From Octopus sinensis (lineage: Eukaryota), in assembly GCF_006345805.1 (NCBI RefSeq), contig NC_043000.1, forward strand, positions 80,414,001 through 80,478,000: a stretch of DNA of 64,000 bases. The letters run 5' to 3'. Shown one piece after another: positions 61,730 to 64,000 of the stretch. The position numbers and the translations under genes were made by a program. How positions within the stretch are numbered: position 1 is the first letter of the stretch; every line of letters starts with the position of its first letter. Below the pieces are notes generated by a model. That model did not search any database. It saw nothing but the letters and a program-made list of their open reading frames with translations, and had not been told where the DNA came from.

Positions 61730-64000
61730 TAGTTTTATTTTTATAGTGTGCTTTCACTTCACTACCGAGCGCAGCTCTGTGTGCCTTGGGTATGTGCTGT
61801 GATTTGTTGTGATGCTCTGATGGTTATTGTATGGAAAGTGTTCTGCGTAGGATGTGTGCAGTGTCTAGTAGTGCAATTTTCTGTATGTTATATGTGTTTG
61901 TAAGTCCTGGTGTTTTTGTTATGTATTTGTCTGAATATTTTTTTATCATGCCTAATGCACCTACTATGATAGGAATTGTTTCTGTTTTCAGGTTCCACAT
62001 TCTAGTTACCTCTATTTCCAGGTCTTTGTATTTTGAGAGTTTCTCCATTTCTTTTAGAGACACGTTGTCATCTGCCGGTATTGATACATCAATTAGAAAG
62101 CATTTTTTTTCTTCATGATCTCTGACAACTATATCTGGTCTGTTGGCCTTAATTTCTCTATCTGTGTGTATCGGCATATCCCAGAGTATGGTTGCTTTCT
62201 CGTTTTCTGTGACCTTTTCTGGTGTGTGCCTATACCATCTTTTTTCTGTTGTTATTCCATAATGTTGGCATAGCTTCCAATGTATGTAGGTTCCAACTCT
62301 GTCATGTCTGTGAATATATTCCTTCTTAGCCAGGACTGGGCAGCTAGAGATAATATGATTTATTGTTTCTTGTCCATCTCCACATATTCTGCAGTTACTT
62401 GTAATGTTTCTTTTCATTACGTGTTTTTGGTAATTTCTGGTGGGGAGGCTTTGGTCTTGTGCTGCAATTAAAAATCCCTCTGTTTCTGCTTTGAGTCCTG
62501 AGCTTCTCAACCATTGCTGGGATTTTTCTTTGTCTATTTCTTTTGCGTTTAGTTTAGTGCAGTATTTACCATGAAGGGGCTTTTCTTGCCATCGTTTTAT
62601 CATGGCTCGTTGCTGTTCTATTTTTAGTTTGGATTTCATTTGTTTTATAGCTTTTGTTGTTTCTTCATCATCTTCTTCTTCTTCTTTGTGTTTATTAGGT
62701 GGTATGATTTCTTGTTTGTATTTGTCATCTTCCTTAAATACTGAGAACAGTTTTTTGTTTTGCTCGTGTTTTGCTGCTATCTGGATCAGTTTTCCTTCCT
62801 TCTGAAGTAGGTATTTTTGCAGTCCTATGGTGGTTATTTTATAGTAGTTTTCCAGCTGTATAAGGCGTCTACCACCTTCTATACGTTGTATATATAGTCT
62901 TTCTATGTCAGATTTTGGGTGATGCATCCTAGATCCTGTCAGTATTTTTCTTGTTTTCCTATCTATTTTGGACAGTTCATTTCGTGTCCAGTTAAGGATA
63001 TTGTAGCTGTAACTTATAACTGGGACAGCTAAAGTGTTGATACCTATTATCTTGTTTTTAGCATTGAGCTCTGTTTTTAGTATTGATCTAACTCATCTAT
63101 AATATTCTTTTTTTATTTTCTCTTTCATTTGTGTGTGTTGTGTCTTATCTAGTTCATGGATTCCTAAGTATTTGTAAGTTTGGCTTTGGTCTAATTCTTT
63201 TATTTCATTGGTTTTATCTAGTGTGATGTTGTTACTCTTAACTAGTTTTCCTTTTTTCAGGGTTACTTTGGCGCATTTTTCTAATCCAAATTTCATATCT
63301 ATTTCTTTGGTAAATCCATGAACTGTCTTTAATAGTGTTTCCAGCTGTTTGTCATTTGCAGCGTATAGTTTTAGGTCATCCATATATAAAAGGTGGCTGA
63401 TCGTTTTGCCGTAACATTTATATCCGCATCCAGTTCTATTTAGCATATCAGATAGAGGTGACAGTGCCAAGCAGAAAAGGAGTGGAGAGAGCGTGTCTCC
63501 CTGGAATATTCCTCTTCTAATGGGGATGTCTTTGGTTTTCATGAGTCCCTCTTTCGTTTGGAGGTGTAGGACTGTTTGCCATTTATTCATAGAGTGCTCT
63601 ATGAATTTTATGATTGTTGGTGCTACTTTGTTAATGGCTAGTGTTTCGAGGATCCATGTGTGGGGGATGCTATCAAATGCCTTTTTGTAGTCAATCCAGG
63701 CCATACTGAGGCCTTTCTTCTTTCTGTGGCTGTCTTCAGTTACGGCTTTATTAATCATTAGTTGATCTTTACAGCCATATGAGCCCTTGCGGCATCCTTT
63801 CTGCTCTTCTGGGAACAGTTTGTTTTCGTCCAGGTGCTTGTTCAGCCTTTGCGATATCACTGCAGTAAATGCCTTGAACATAGTAGGGAGGCAGGTTATT
63901 GGTCTGTAGTTTTCTGGTTTTGTTGTTTCATTTGATTTGGGAATTAAGATGGTTTTTCCCCTTCGTGAGCCATTCAGGCATTGTCTCTGGCTCTGCTAGT
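61727..64000 (-). mobile_element. R4/Dong-clade non-LTR retrotransposon (RT plus CCHC and restriction-like endonuclease); continues beyond the window
   Basis: YRPITCL; WIDYKKAFDS; GIFQGDTLSPLLF; LYMDDLK; YKYLG; CRICGDGQETINHIISSC; RPDI...ID...KLSKY; in-frame TGA at 63093-63095 joins the two ORFs; 3' end abuts (TAA)n. Confidence 0.95.

Overview
AT-rich, repeat-saturated eukaryotic non-coding DNA. It is most likely from an octopus (coleoid cephalopod) genome; this is inferred from recalled SINE/LINE families and extreme microsatellite content, and was not verified. No host protein-coding gene, rRNA, tRNA gene or CRISPR array can be supported, and almost all listed ORFs are microsatellite or antisense artefacts. 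Recognisable content: LINEs (RTE with an in-frame PHD finger, RTE-BovB-like, CR1/L2-like, L1/Tx1-like, and three R4/Dong-like copies in (TAA)n tracts), three tRNA-derived SINE families, Tc1/mariner, hAT, piggyBac and Helitron remnants, Gypsy integrase fragments and a Penelope-like GIY-YIG remnant. Manual reading found about ten minimal type-I hammerhead ribozyme (HHR) motifs from several unrelated repeat families, all with self-complementary stem III. The two best-supported U3-A8 core variants show compensatory stem changes. The most unusual locus is 2095-4066, where two HHRs bracket a 1554-nt unit carrying an L1/Tx1-type CCHC zinc-knuckle ORF with no RT, inside ~180-bp inverted arms. All ribozyme and family calls come from manual pattern matching and need computational and biochemical confirmation; coordinates of old repeats are approximate.
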